64,000 bases of DNA from Lachnospiraceae bacterium (GTDB lineage: Bacteria; Bacillota; Clostridia; Lachnospirales; Lachnospiraceae): the NCBI GenBank assembly GCA_036666555.1, contig JAVWVS010000004.1, forward strand, positions 42,731 to 106,730, read 5' to 3'. Both the position numbers and the translations under genes were made by a program. Positions 8,735 through 18,725 of the stretch are shown here, piece after piece (the first letter of the stretch is position 1; every line of letters starts with the position of its first letter). The notes beneath the pieces were generated by a model. It was not told the origin of the DNA, did not search any database, and saw only the letters and a program-made list of their open reading frames with translations.

Positions 8735-10232
8735 ATTTTGTCACCTCTTCATGTTCTTTTATAACGGTTCCCACTGCCGAAATTAAATCCTGGGCGGAAA
8801 CACTATAACTTCCTTTTTCTCTTTTTGCCTCATCACCGGCGCACCCATGCAAATAAACACCCAGTGTTCCTGCCTCATAAGGCTGCATTCCTTGTGCAGA
8901 TAATCCGGTAATCATACCGGTTAACACATCCCCGGATCCTGCTTTTGCCATGGAAGAATTCCCCGTAGTATTGATAAACATTCTTTCCTCTGCCTTCTTT
9001 ACAAAGGTTCGCGCATCTTTCGACACACAAACCACCGGATACTTTTCTACAAATTGTGTAACCAATTCCATTCGCCGGCTGACCACTGATTCCGTCTCCA
9101 ATGCCAAAAGTCTGGCCAGTTCCTTTACATGAGGAGTCAAGATAAACTGATTGACAGTGGGCAGCATCTCTAGATGTTTCGCCAATATATTCAAACCATC
9201 TGCATCCACGACACAAGTCTTTTTCATATGTGTAATTACATAGCATAGGATGCTTTCCGCAGTTTCACCGGTTCCCATTCCACTTCCAATTGCCATTACA
9301 TCTGCCCAGTCTAGTAATTCTTGTAACTGTGCCATGCAAAACTCCTCGTATCCCACTACAATTGCTTCTGGTAACAGCTGCTGCAAGATATAGTTATTTT
9401 CTTTCGGCGTATAGATTTTCACCAGTCCGGCGCCAACGCTATATGCTGCTTTTGCGCTTAAAAATGCTGCGCCCGCCATTCCTTCGCTTCCCACGATCAT
9501 AAGCACTTTCCCATAAGTTCCTTTATGAGACTGTACCTTTCTTTGTGGGAGCAAACGTCCGATATCTGTTTTCTCATACGTATAAGCCACATCCATTTCT
9601 GCTTGGAAGATTGCAGAAGGGATTCCGATATCTACCACCGATACTTCTCCGGTATAGCAACAACCGGGGTACAGCACCATACCCATTTTCTCGCATGCAA
9701 ATGTCACGGTCATATCTGCAAGGAAAGCCACTCCAAGTACTTGCCCCGTAGTCGCTGAGATTCCGGATGGTATATCTACCGCTACTTTCACACCAGACAT
9801 CTTGTTTAGACTTACAATCTGATCCCGGTACATTCCTTCAATTGCTCTGGAAAGTCCGATTCCAAACATCGCATCTATTATTACACTATATTCACCTTTT
9901 TCCAAAGTGTTGAGCACAGACACGCCATAATTTTCTAAAATAATCTTCTGGGTCTTTGTTTCTTCTGTGCAATGCGCTTCATTGCCCAGTAACACGGTGG
10001 TAACCCGGTGTCCTTTCAGATACAGCATCCTAGCAATTGCCAATCCATCTCCACCATTATTACCGGTACCACAGACAATCAACGTATGTGAGAAATCCAA
10101 GTGCTTTTCTTCCATGACGCGAATGGTCTGTAATGCCGCGCGTTCCATCAATACCATCGAAGGCATTTGATATTTTTGAATTGTTTTTTCATCTCCCTGT
10201 TTCATGGCTGCCGCCGTTAGCAGATATTTCAT
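8721..10232 (-). CDS. nnr: Bifunctional NAD(P)H-hydrate epimerase / ADP-dependent dehydratase
   Basis: YjeF-N motif GTGNNGGDG and C-terminal carbohydrate-kinase motif GSGDVLTG. ATG 10232 has GAGGTG 6 nt upstream, and the ORF-track extension to 10274 lacks an SD. Confidence 0.9.
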   Translation of the reverse strand: MKYLLTAAAMKQGDEKTIQKYQMPSMVLMERAALQTIRVMEEKHLDFSHTLIVCGTGNNGGDGLAIARMLYLKGHRVTTVLLGNEAHCTEETKTQKIILENYGVSVLNTLEKGEYSVIIDAMFGIGLSRAIEGMYRDQIVSLNKMSGVKVAVDIPSGISATTGQVLGVAFLADMTVTFACEKMGMVLYPGCCYTGEVSVVDIGIPSAIFQAEMDVAYTYEKTDIGRLLPQRKVQSHKGTYGKVLMIVGSEGMAGAAFLSAKAAYSVGAGLVKIYTPKENNYILQQLLPEAIVVGYEEFCMAQLQELLDWADVMAIGSGMGTGETAESILCYVITHMKKTCVVDADGLNILAKHLEMLPTVNQFILTPHVKELARLLALETESVVSRRMELVTQFVEKYPVVCVSKDARTFVKKAEERMFINTTGNSSMAKAGSGDVLTGMITGLSAQGMQPYEAGTLGVYLHGCAGDEAKREKGSYSVSAQDLISAVGTVIKEHEEVTKFENI

Positions 10233-10331
10233 ATGTGCCACCTCATTTAATTCTGAATGATAACGGAAAAACAACGTGTAAGGAAGGCTATATCTCGTAC
10301 ACTCCCGCTACACGTTCCTTGTTGTCTTTGA

Positions 10332-10982
10332 CTATTCTTTCTGACTATGTTCTTGATCATATCGAGTGATGTTATAAGAAAGTCTCATAAGACTTTCTGA
10401 CAAATGTACATTTTCCACAATGATATGTTCCGGAAGGCTTAAATCCGTATGTGCAAAATTCCAAATCCCTTTCACTCCATATTCCGCTAATACATTGGCC
10501 ACATCAATTGCCTTTGCTTTTGGAATGGTAAGTACTGCTATTTCTATATTATTTCCACGGATGAATGATTGTAATTCTTCAATCATTCTAATTTCCACAC
10601 CACGAATGGTGACACCCGCAAGTCTTGGATTCACATCAAACAATCCTTTTAAAATAAACCCGCTCCGTTCAAATGACGTATAATTTGCAAGTGCTTGTCC
10701 TAAATTCCCAGCACCAATAATAATCATATTATGATTCTCGTTAAGCCCAAGGATTTTGCCTATTTCTGCATACAAATACTTTACATTATAACCATACCCT
10801 TGTTGTCCGAATCCACCAAAATTATTTAAATCCTGTCTGATTTGTGAAGCTGTTACTTTCATTCTTTTGCTCAAGTCATTGGAAGAAATACGCTCCATTC
10901 CATTTTCAAGTAGCTCCCCTAGATATCTATAGTATCTCGGTAACCTCCTTATAACAGCCTGAGAAATCTCTCTGTCTTCCAC
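10332..10982 (-). CDS. rex: Redox-sensing transcriptional repressor Rex
   Basis: 216 aa. RRLPRYYRYL wHTH and Rossmann motif GAGNLGQAL. GTG start with GGGAGGGTG upstream. Confidence 0.95.
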   Translation of the reverse strand: MEDREISQAVIRRLPRYYRYLGELLENGMERISSNDLSKRMKVTASQIRQDLNNFGGFGQQGYGYNVKYLYAEIGKILGLNENHNMIIIGAGNLGQALANYTSFERSGFILKGLFDVNPRLAGVTIRGVEIRMIEELQSFIRGNNIEIAVLTIPKAKAIDVANVLAEYGVKGIWNFAHTDLSLPEHIIVENVHLSESLMRLSYNITRYDQEHSQKE

Positions 10983-11059
10983 TATCGTTCACCCTCCCCG
11001 TCTTAATTGTAAATCTAAGCTATATTATATAGAATTCTAAGATTAAAGTCAAACTTTTC

Positions 11060-11088
11060 TTGACCTGATTAGAAGGGGTCAGTATAAT
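11060..11088 (+). promoter_or_regulatory. Putative sigma-A promoter of the ABC-F gene
   Basis: TTGACC (11060-11065), 17 nt, TATAAT (11083-11088), 34 nt upstream of the ATG. Confidence 0.5.
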
Positions 11089-11122
11089 ATATATCTATGG
11101 ATACGACGAAGGGGGAAACAGT

Positions 11123-13039
11123 ATGGTTTTAACATGTCATAATCTTACGAAAGGATTTGGAGCACAAATCATTGTGAATCAAGGTTCTTTTCATATTGAG
11201 GATCGCGAAAAAGTAGCACTTGTTGGTATGAATGGTGCCGGCAAATCTACACTTTTGAAAATGATCATGAAAGAAATCCCCACAGATGAAGGGGACATTA
11301 TCCTTACAAAAGGGAAAACCATCGGTTATCTTTCCCAGCATCAGGAACTGCAAAGCGGTAATACCGTTTATGAAGAATTACGAACTGCAAAAAAAGAGGT
11401 GATCGAATTAGAACAGCGAATTCGAGAATTGGAACAAGAAATCACCACCTTATCCGGAACGGAGTTGGACAACCATCTGTCGGTATACCATCGTTTGACT
11501 GAAGAATTTGAAGCCCAAAATGGCTATGCTTGCGAAAGTGAAATCGTAGGAGTACTCAAAGGCCTTGGATTTGAAGAAGATGATTTTGCAAAACCGGCCC
11601 ATACTTTATCCGGCGGACAAAAAACTCGGGTTTCTCTCGGAAAACTACTTCTTACCCAGCCCGATATTTTATTACTGGATGAACCAACCAATCACTTGGA
11701 TTTAAACTCCATTACCTGGTTGGAAACTTATCTTATGAATTATTCCGGAGCGGTATTAATTGTATCTCATGACCGCTATTTTCTAAACCGGGTGGTCACG
11801 AAAGTAATCGAAATTGAGCTTGGTACGCTTATGGTGTATATGGGAAATTACACTGCTTTTTCAAAAAAGAAACAGCAGCTTCGAGATGCTAAATTAAAAG
11901 AATACTTAAATCAACAACAAGAAATCAAACACCAAGAAGAAGTCATTCGAAAATTAAAATCCTTCAATCGGGAGAAATCAATCAAACGCGCAGAAAGCCG
12001 CGAAAAAATGTTGGAAAAAATCATTCCGGCCGAGAAGCCCATAGAGGTCTCTTCCGAAATTCATTTTTCATTGGAGCCATCTGTTATCAGTGGAAACGAT
12101 GTCCTTTCCACGGAACATCTATCCAAATCTTTTGATCATCTCACTTTATTCGAAGATATCAATTTGAAAATTCATCGTGGGGAACATGTTGCGATTATCG
12201 GAGATAATGGAACTGGAAAAACCACTTTGTTAAAAATTTTAAATAAAGTATTGCCTGCTGATACCGGCATCTATACGTTAGGTGCCAACGTACATATCGG
12301 CTATTATGACCAGGAACATCATGTTCTGCATAAAGAAAAAACCATGTTCGATGAAATCAGTGATGATTATCCTTCTCTCACAAATACACAGATTCGTAAT
12401 ACTCTGGCCGCTTTTTTATTCACCGGAGAGGATGTTTACAAACGAATTGCGGATTTAAGTGGTGGAGAACGGGGGCGGGTTTCCCTTGCAAAACTAATGC
12501 TTTCCAAGGCGAATTTTCTGATTCTGGATGAGCCTACCAATCACTTGGATATTGCATCTAAGGAGATTCTGGAAAAAGTATTAAATGATTACACGGGAAC
12601 GGTTCTGTATGTATCTCATGACCGTTACTTTATCAATCAAACAGCTAGTCGCATTCTGGAATTAAAAGGTTATACCTTTATCGATTACATTGGCAACTAC
12701 GACTATTATTTGGAAAAAAGAGATGAACTTTCCAAAGCGATTCTAGGCGAACCGGAACTTACTGTTTCCCCTTTGGAAGAGCTCTCTACCGAGAATAAAT
12801 TGGACTGGAAGGCGCAAAAAGAAGCACAGGCCCAGGAACGAAAACGCATAAACGATTTAGAAAAAACAGAAGCGGTCATAGCCTCCCTAGAGAAACGGGA
12901 TGCAGAGATAGATGCGTTGATGGAACAGGAAGAAATCTTTACAGATACGGGAAAATGTGTTGCATTAAGCAATGAAAAAGCAGAGACTACACAAAAATTA
13001 GAGCAATTATATCAGAAATGGGAATCGTTAGCAGAGTAA
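11123..13039 (+). CDS. ABC-F family ATPase (translation-factor type, no membrane domain)
   Basis: 638 aa. Two NBDs (GMNGAGKST/LSGGQKTRVSL and GDNGTGKTT/LSGGERGRVSL), a charged interdomain linker and a C-terminal coiled-coil tail. Confidence 0.9.
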   Translation: MVLTCHNLTKGFGAQIIVNQGSFHIEDREKVALVGMNGAGKSTLLKMIMKEIPTDEGDIILTKGKTIGYLSQHQELQSGNTVYEELRTAKKEVIELEQRIRELEQEITTLSGTELDNHLSVYHRLTEEFEAQNGYACESEIVGVLKGLGFEEDDFAKPAHTLSGGQKTRVSLGKLLLTQPDILLLDEPTNHLDLNSITWLETYLMNYSGAVLIVSHDRYFLNRVVTKVIEIELGTLMVYMGNYTAFSKKKQQLRDAKLKEYLNQQQEIKHQEEVIRKLKSFNREKSIKRAESREKMLEKIIPAEKPIEVSSEIHFSLEPSVISGNDVLSTEHLSKSFDHLTLFEDINLKIHRGEHVAIIGDNGTGKTTLLKILNKVLPADTGIYTLGANVHIGYYDQEHHVLHKEKTMFDEISDDYPSLTNTQIRNTLAAFLFTGEDVYKRIADLSGGERGRVSLAKLMLSKANFLILDEPTNHLDIASKEILEKVLNDYTGTVLYVSHDRYFINQTASRILELKGYTFIDYIGNYDYYLEKRDELSKAILGEPELTVSPLEELSTENKLDWKAQKEAQAQERKRINDLEKTEAVIASLEKRDAEIDALMEQEEIFTDTGKCVALSNEKAETTQKLEQLYQKWESLAE

Positions 13040-13041
13040 GT

Positions 13042-13084
13042 AAAATAGAGCGAGGTCTGTAATTCACAGACCTCGCTCTATTTT
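13042..13084. terminator. Bidirectional intrinsic terminator between convergent ABC-F and pip
   Basis: Perfect inverted repeat AAAATAGAGCGAGGTCTGT-aattc-ACAGACCTCGCTCTATTTT, with A/T tracts on both sides. Confidence 0.85.
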
Positions 13085-13102
13085 ACTTACTCTTATATTC
13101 TC

Positions 13103-13987
13103 TTAATCGTGTGCATTAAGCCATTTTTTAAGAACTGCTCGATATTTATCCGGTTCATCTACAAATGCCATGTGACGACTAAATTCAAATAATTCCCATT
13201 CGGAATCTGCAATAGAGTCATGCATTAATTTGGCAATCCATGGTGTACACAAATCACTCAATCCGCTGGTAATTAAGGTAGGTGCCTGAATGGTGTGTAA
13301 TTTATCCCGGTATTCCCATCCTTTTAATGTACCGGTAGGGTTGTATTCATTTGGACCCCATCCCGTCACATATGCTTCTGTTCCGGATACTTTTGGACGT
13401 CGTAAACAGTCTGGACTATCCGGTCCCGGCGTACTTGCACAGTGCTGTTCCATAAATTTTGCGTTGGCTGCAACATAAGCAGGTTCCTCAAAATTACCAC
13501 TTTCTTCTGCAACTGCAATAGCTTTTTGCTCTTCCGGTGACATATAAGAAATCATACGATGCTGCTCTTTTGCCCATAACTCTGCAGCAGGAAGTGTACT
13601 TGCAAGAATCACGCTTGTAATTCCTTCCGGCTTATAATCACATAGATACTGAATTGCCTGCATTCCACCCCAAGACTGACCTAACAAATGTATTTCGTCC
13701 AATCCCAAGTGTTTGCGAAGTGCAATTAATTCTTCAATCCATGTTTCGGCTGTCCAAAGATCTGGACGTGATGGCGTCGCGGAAAGTCCACATCCCAATT
13801 GATCATACATAATAATTGCACGACCATCTTCTTCTGCCAGACAATCTAACACTTCAAAATAATTATGCGTAGAACCCGGTCCCCCATGAAGTAATAACAG
13901 CGGTTTTTTATTACCCGTGCATTCCCCAACAATACGGTAATAGGTCTTATACTCTAAATATGGCATATAACCTTCTGTAATCTTCAT
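13103..13987 (-). CDS. pip: Proline iminopeptidase (alpha/beta hydrolase)
   Basis: 294 aa. HGGPGSTH oxyanion motif and nucleophile elbow GQSWGG. Confidence 0.85.
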   Translation of the reverse strand: MKITEGYMPYLEYKTYYRIVGECTGNKKPLLLLHGGPGSTHNYFEVLDCLAEEDGRAIIMYDQLGCGLSATPSRPDLWTAETWIEELIALRKHLGLDEIHLLGQSWGGMQAIQYLCDYKPEGITSVILASTLPAAELWAKEQHRMISYMSPEEQKAIAVAEESGNFEEPAYVAANAKFMEQHCASTPGPDSPDCLRRPKVSGTEAYVTGWGPNEYNPTGTLKGWEYRDKLHTIQAPTLITSGLSDLCTPWIAKLMHDSIADSEWELFEFSRHMAFVDEPDKYRAVLKKWLNAHD

Positions 13988-14051
13988 ACCTTATTCCTCC
14001 TTGCCATTTTGGCTAAAATATATGACATACGATGCTGTATGTTCGTTTGAA

Positions 14052-15260
14052 TTATAACATATTAGTCAGCCTTTTTGCAATTGCTTTTATGAAGCCTTCA
14101 CTCGATAACACGGTAGGATTGGAAGTACTTGTAATCAAAGCTAAATCTTTTGTCATTTCTCCACCTTCAATGGTATCAATCGTTGCTTGTTCCAGCTTGG
14201 CTGCAAAGTCTATAAGTTCCCCATGATGATCCATTTCTCCGCGTTTAGCAAGCGCTCCTGTCCATGCAAAGATAGTTGCAACGGAATTGGTAGAAGTTAC
14301 CTCTCCTTTAAGATGTTTGTAATAGTGCCGTTGCACGGTTCCATGGGCCGCTTCATATTCGTAATATCCCTCGGGGGAAACTAATACGGATGTCATCATA
14401 GCCAGCGATCCAAATGCAGAGGATATCATGTCACTCATAACATCTCCGTCATAATTTTTACATGCCCAAATATGACCTCCTTCGCATTTCATAATGCGTG
14501 CTACTGCATCATCAATGAGTGTGTAAAAATATACAATTCCAGCATCCTTAAATTTTTCCTGATATTCTGCTTCATACAATTCCTGGAAAATATCCTTAAA
14601 GGTATGATCGTATTTTTTTGAAATGGTATCCTTGGAAGCAAACCACAGATCCTGTCTAATATCCAGCGCATAGTTAAAGCAACTTCTTGCAAAACTTTCG
14701 ATAGATGCATTTACATTATGCATTCCTTGTACAATTCCGGTTCCTTTAAATTCATGAACCAATTCCTTGGTCTGGCTTCCATCTTGAGCCGTGTAAACTA
14801 GTTCTACCTTTCCCGCTCCCGGAATTTTCATTTCACTCGCTTTGTAGACATCGCCATAGGCATGTCTTGCAATGGTAATGGGTTTCTTCCAATTCTTTAC
14901 ACAAGGTTCAATTCCTTTTACAACAATCGGTGCACGAAATACAGTTCCATCTAACATGGCACGTATGGTTCCATTAGGACTTTTCCACATCTCTTTTAGA
15001 TGATATTCGTCCACGCGGTCTGCATTTGGAGTAATGGTGGCACATTTAACAGCCACTTTATATTTCATGGTTGCTTTGGCCGAATCTATGGTCACCTGGT
15101 CATCGGTTTCATTCCGATGCACCAATCCCAGGTCATAATAATCTGTTTTTAAATCAATAAAGGGAAGTAATAGATTCTCCTTAATCATATCCCAGAGAAT
15201 CCGGGTCATTTCATCTCCGTCCATTTCTACGATGGGGGTTGTCATTTTTATTTTTTGCAT
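14052..15260 (-). CDS. icd: NADP-dependent isocitrate dehydrogenase (eukaryote-like homodimeric type)
   Basis: 402 aa. [30 protein letters not shown] and NYDGDVMSD motifs. Confidence 0.95.
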   Translation of the reverse strand: MQKIKMTTPIVEMDGDEMTRILWDMIKENLLLPFIDLKTDYYDLGLVHRNETDDQVTIDSAKATMKYKVAVKCATITPNADRVDEYHLKEMWKSPNGTIRAMLDGTVFRAPIVVKGIEPCVKNWKKPITIARHAYGDVYKASEMKIPGAGKVELVYTAQDGSQTKELVHEFKGTGIVQGMHNVNASIESFARSCFNYALDIRQDLWFASKDTISKKYDHTFKDIFQELYEAEYQEKFKDAGIVYFYTLIDDAVARIMKCEGGHIWACKNYDGDVMSDMISSAFGSLAMMTSVLVSPEGYYEYEAAHGTVQRHYYKHLKGEVTSTNSVATIFAWTGALAKRGEMDHHGELIDFAAKLEQATIDTIEGGEMTKDLALITSTSNPTVLSSEGFIKAIAKRLTNML

Positions 15261-15275
15261 ACATTTCCTCCTGTA

Positions 15276-15935
15276 TTATACATTTTCATATCCTTGGTTT
15301 TGTAAGTTTTCCATTACATGTAAAATATGTGCATTTGCTAATTTTTCTGCTTGATCCGGATCTTTTTGCTTCATTGCTCCTAATATTGCCTTATGCTCTT
15401 CAATGGATTTTTCAGCACGATTTTCCGCTCCTATGGATGTTCTTCTTGCTAAATGTACATAGCGGTGAAAATCAGATAATACGTGTTCTAAGATGCGACT
15501 GTTGGACGCTTCATATAAAATATCATGAAACCGACCGTCCAGTTCTGCCATCTGTTCTGATTCCCGGGCTTTTTTCATGCGAAATTCCGACAGCATAATA
15601 ATCTCTTCCATCTGGGTAATCTGTTCTGCTGTCACATGTTCGGTTGCCCATCTGGCACATAAGCCTTCCAGCATAGAACGAATGGCATAAATATCTTTTA
15701 CATCTTTAACAGTAATTCCGGTCACATAAGCACCTTTATTGGGAATGATCTTCACAAGTCCCTCTAATTCCAATTGTCTCAACGCTTCTCTTACCGGTGT
15801 TCTGGAAACACCTAGCTCTTCCCCAATGGTATTTTCTCTGAGTTCGTCATGTTCCTGATACACTCCGTCTAAAATATCATCTCGTAATTTGTGAAATACA
15901 CGTCCACTCAGAGAATGTTCTTGATAATCTTCCAT
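15276..15935 (-). CDS. GntR-family regulator with FCD (FadR C-terminal-like) domain
   Basis: wHTH LGVSRTPVREALRQLELEGLV followed by an all-helical C-domain. ATG 15935 has GGAGGTG 5 nt upstream, and the ORF-track GTG at 15941 sits inside that SD. Confidence 0.9.
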   Translation of the reverse strand: MEDYQEHSLSGRVFHKLRDDILDGVYQEHDELRENTIGEELGVSRTPVREALRQLELEGLVKIIPNKGAYVTGITVKDVKDIYAIRSMLEGLCARWATEHVTAEQITQMEEIIMLSEFRMKKARESEQMAELDGRFHDILYEASNSRILEHVLSDFHRYVHLARRTSIGAENRAEKSIEEHKAILGAMKQKDPDQAEKLANAHILHVMENLQNQGYENV

Positions 15936-15951
15936 TTTCACACCTCCAGTG

Positions 15952-17340
15952 TTATAAAATTAGTTCTAATTCTCTACAGATTTCCGTGATTTTTTGTACC
16001 AGCTCTTCATCTGTCAAAACAGTCACACGGCCATCTTCATACTCTTTGTCCACCCATTCTTTTACTTGCAGTACCAGTTCTGAATTTTTATCCACTTGTC
16101 GTTCTTTTGTCAACTTATAATACCCATTGATCCAATGCGCAATCCCTGCAAGGCCGGAAGTATTGGACACTGCAACTCGAACCGGACGATTCAAGAATTT
16201 ATCCGTATCAAAGATATTATAGATTTCTTCATTTTTCAAAAGTCCATCTGCATGAATACCAGCTCGAGTTACATTGAAATTTTTCCCTACAAATGGAGTT
16301 CTGGATGGAATATGATATCCAATTTCTTTTTCGTAATACTCTGCCAGTTCCGTAATCACTCTGGTGTCCATTCCATCTAATCCCCCACGCAATTGGGCGT
16401 ATTCAAATACCATTGCTTCTAATGGAGTGTTCCCAGTACGTTCTCCGATTCCAAATAAAGAGCAGTTCACGCTGCTGGCACCATAAAGCCATGCAGAGGT
16501 AGAATTAGCCACTGCTTTATAGAAATCATTGTGTCCGTGAAATTCAATCATTTCACTTGGGACTCCTGCATGGGTCATTAATCCATAGATAATGCCAGGA
16601 ATGGACCTGGGAATAACGGCTCCCGGATAATTAACTCCATATCCCATCGTATCACAAACACGTATTTTTACCGGAATCTGATATTCATCTTTTAATTTCA
16701 TCAGTTCCAAACAAAATGGGATCACAAATCCGTAGATGTCTGAACGGGTAATGTCCTCCAAATGACATCTGGGACTAATTCCCGTATCCAAGCATTGCCT
16801 CACTACGGATAGATAGTGTTCTAATGCCTGGCTTCTTGTCATTTTCAACTTATGGAAAATGTGAAAATCAGAACAACTTACCAAAATTCCGGTTTCTTTC
16901 ATTCCAATTTCTTTTACCAATTCAAAATCTTTTTGATTGGCGCGAATCCAACTGGTCACTTCCGGAAACTGATATCCTTTTTCCATACATTGATAAACCG
17001 CATCTCTATCTTTCTTACTGTATAAAAAGAACTCACTTTGACGGATGATGCCATTTTCTCCGCCTAATCGATGTAAATATTCATAGATAGAAACAATCTG
17101 CTTGGTTGTATATGGTTCCCGCGATTGCTGCCCATCACGAAATGTAGTATCTGTGATCCAAATATGTTCCGGCATATTATGAGGAACCGTTCTATCATTA
17201 AATGCAATCTTAGGTACTTCTGAATAAGGAAATAAGTTTCGAAATACATTGGGCGTCTTCACATCTACCAGTGGATACATGTGTTCTTCTAGTTGTAATA
17301 AATTATTTTGACAATTTTTATAAACTTTACGATTTTCCAT
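15952..17340 (-). CDS. Isopropylmalate/homocitrate-synthase family (DRE-TIM) enzyme, candidate Re-face citrate synthase
   Basis: TFRDGQQS and HGHNDF metal-binding motifs of the HMGL-like TIM barrel. Operon context is with the GntR regulator and NADP-icd. ATG 17340 has AAAGGAG 9 nt upstream, and the ORF-track extension to 17433 covers the promoter. Confidence 0.7.
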   Translation of the reverse strand: MENRKVYKNCQNNLLQLEEHMYPLVDVKTPNVFRNLFPYSEVPKIAFNDRTVPHNMPEHIWITDTTFRDGQQSREPYTTKQIVSIYEYLHRLGGENGIIRQSEFFLYSKKDRDAVYQCMEKGYQFPEVTSWIRANQKDFELVKEIGMKETGILVSCSDFHIFHKLKMTRSQALEHYLSVVRQCLDTGISPRCHLEDITRSDIYGFVIPFCLELMKLKDEYQIPVKIRVCDTMGYGVNYPGAVIPRSIPGIIYGLMTHAGVPSEMIEFHGHNDFYKAVANSTSAWLYGASSVNCSLFGIGERTGNTPLEAMVFEYAQLRGGLDGMDTRVITELAEYYEKEIGYHIPSRTPFVGKNFNVTRAGIHADGLLKNEEIYNIFDTDKFLNRPVRVAVSNTSGLAGIAHWINGYYKLTKERQVDKNSELVLQVKEWVDKEYEDGRVTVLTDEELVQKITEICRELELIL

Positions 17341-17379
17341 AATCCTTTTACTCCTTTGACATAAAATATATTTTGTACT

Positions 17380-17408
17380 ATTGTATACAATTATACATTC
17401 TATGTCAA
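17380..17408 (-). promoter_or_regulatory. Putative sigma-A promoter of the Re-CS-like/GntR/icd operon
   Basis: On the minus strand: TTGACA (17408-17403), 17 nt, TACAAT (17385-17380). Confidence 0.5.
17381..17390. promoter_or_regulatory. Perfect palindrome TTGTATACAA overlapping the -10 box (candidate GntR-type operator)
   Basis: 10-bp perfect palindrome with a GT-N-AC core typical of GntR-family operators. It sits in front of the operon that encodes a GntR regulator. Confidence 0.4.
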
Positions 17409-17447
17409 GAAAAAAAAGACCTGTCAAAGACAAATCTTTTTTCTTTT

Positions 17448-18662
17448 TTAATATAATTTTGCACTTATGCTTCTTGGTTTCAACCCTTCATCTTCCAAAG
17501 CCTTTAATATTCTGGCTTTATGCTCGGTTCCAAATGCCTCCATAGTAATACGAAGTTCTACCGCTGCATTACGGTTGGTACTGACAAATTGGTTATGTTC
17601 CAACTTAATGACGTTACCTTGCGCATTCGCCACGGTAGTTGCTACACGTACCAACTCTCCTGGTTTATCGGAAAGCAATACGGATACGGAGAAGATTCGG
17701 TCTCGTTTAATTAATCCATGATGAACAATCGACGACATGGTAATCACATCCATATTGCCACCACTTAATACAGAAACCACCTTTTTCCCTTTCAAATCAA
17801 GCTGTTTCAAAGCAGCCACCGTTAAAAGTCCGGAGTTTTCCACAATCATTTTATGGTTTTCCACCATGTCTAAAAATGCGCCAATAAGTTCATCATCTTC
17901 CACCGTAATCACTTGATCTACATTTTTTTGTACGTAAGGGAATATTTTTGTTCCTACTTCCTTGACTGCGGTACCATCTGCAATGGTATTGGCAGATGGA
18001 ATCTTAACTACCTTTCCTTCTTTTAAAGATGCGGTCATACTGGCAGCTTCCGATGGCTCTACGCCAATGACTTTAATATGAGGATTCAACATTTTCGCCA
18101 AGGTAGAAACGCCGGTAATCAAACCGCCGCCACCAATGGGCACTAAGATATAATCCACCGTAGGTAGTTCTTGTACAATTTCCATAGTAATGGTTCCCTG
18201 TCCAGTGGCCACATCCAAGTCATCAAAGGGATGTACAAAAGAATACCCATGTTCCTCCGCCAGTTCATAGGCTTTTGCACATGCATCATCATACACATCT
18301 CCGTATAATACCACTTCTGCACCATAACTTTTGGTTCGGTTCACTTTAATCAAAGGTGTAACCGTTGGCATAACTATGATTGCCTTACAGCCAAACTTTT
18401 TAGCTGCATATGCCACACCTTGTGCGTGATTTCCTGCAGACGCTGTAATTAGGCCCTTTGCACGTTCTTCTTCGGATAGCGTACTGATTTTATAATAGGC
18501 ACCACGAATTTTATAGGCACCTGTGTGCTGCATGTTCTCCGGCTTCAGATAGACTTCCGCTCCAGTCTGTTCACTTAGATATTCACTGAAAACCAATTTG
18601 GTCGGATTGGTAACTTGTTTCACGATTTTACTCGCCTGTTCGAATTTTTCTAACGTTAACAT
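17448..18662 (-). CDS. ilvA: Threonine ammonia-lyase (short form with one ACT-like domain)
   Basis: 404 aa. PLP-lysine region HTGAYKIRGAYY, SAGNHAQG and GGGGL motifs, plus a C-terminal regulatory domain. Confidence 0.9.
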   Translation of the reverse strand: MLTLEKFEQASKIVKQVTNPTKLVFSEYLSEQTGAEVYLKPENMQHTGAYKIRGAYYKISTLSEEERAKGLITASAGNHAQGVAYAAKKFGCKAIIVMPTVTPLIKVNRTKSYGAEVVLYGDVYDDACAKAYELAEEHGYSFVHPFDDLDVATGQGTITMEIVQELPTVDYILVPIGGGGLITGVSTLAKMLNPHIKVIGVEPSEAASMTASLKEGKVVKIPSANTIADGTAVKEVGTKIFPYVQKNVDQVITVEDDELIGAFLDMVENHKMIVENSGLLTVAALKQLDLKGKKVVSVLSGGNMDVITMSSIVHHGLIKRDRIFSVSVLLSDKPGELVRVATTVANAQGNVIKLEHNQFVSTNRNAAVELRITMEAFGTEHKARILKALEDEGLKPRSISAKLY

Positions 18663-18725
18663 TCTCTTTCCTTCTTTCTTCTGATAATTTAACAGTATAC
18701 CACATTAACGTGAGAATGCCAAGAA

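Noticed and set aside
10243-10300. A possible rex terminator (AACGTGTA ... TACACGTT followed by TTTTT on the minus strand).
   Set aside because: The 8-bp stem encloses a loop of about 28 nt, and alternative pairings are inconsistent. The evidence is too weak to annotate as a feature.
10983-11122. I looked for a Rex operator (TTGTGAA-N4/6-TTCACAA type) in the rex/ABC-F divergent region.
   Set aside because: I found no convincing inverted repeat of that type by eye. Only the TTGACC-17-TATAAT promoter is supported.
17341-17433. The ORF-track N-terminal extension of the Re-citrate-synthase-like gene.
   Set aside because: It covers the mapped promoter and palindrome. The ATG at 17340 has AAAGGAG upstream.
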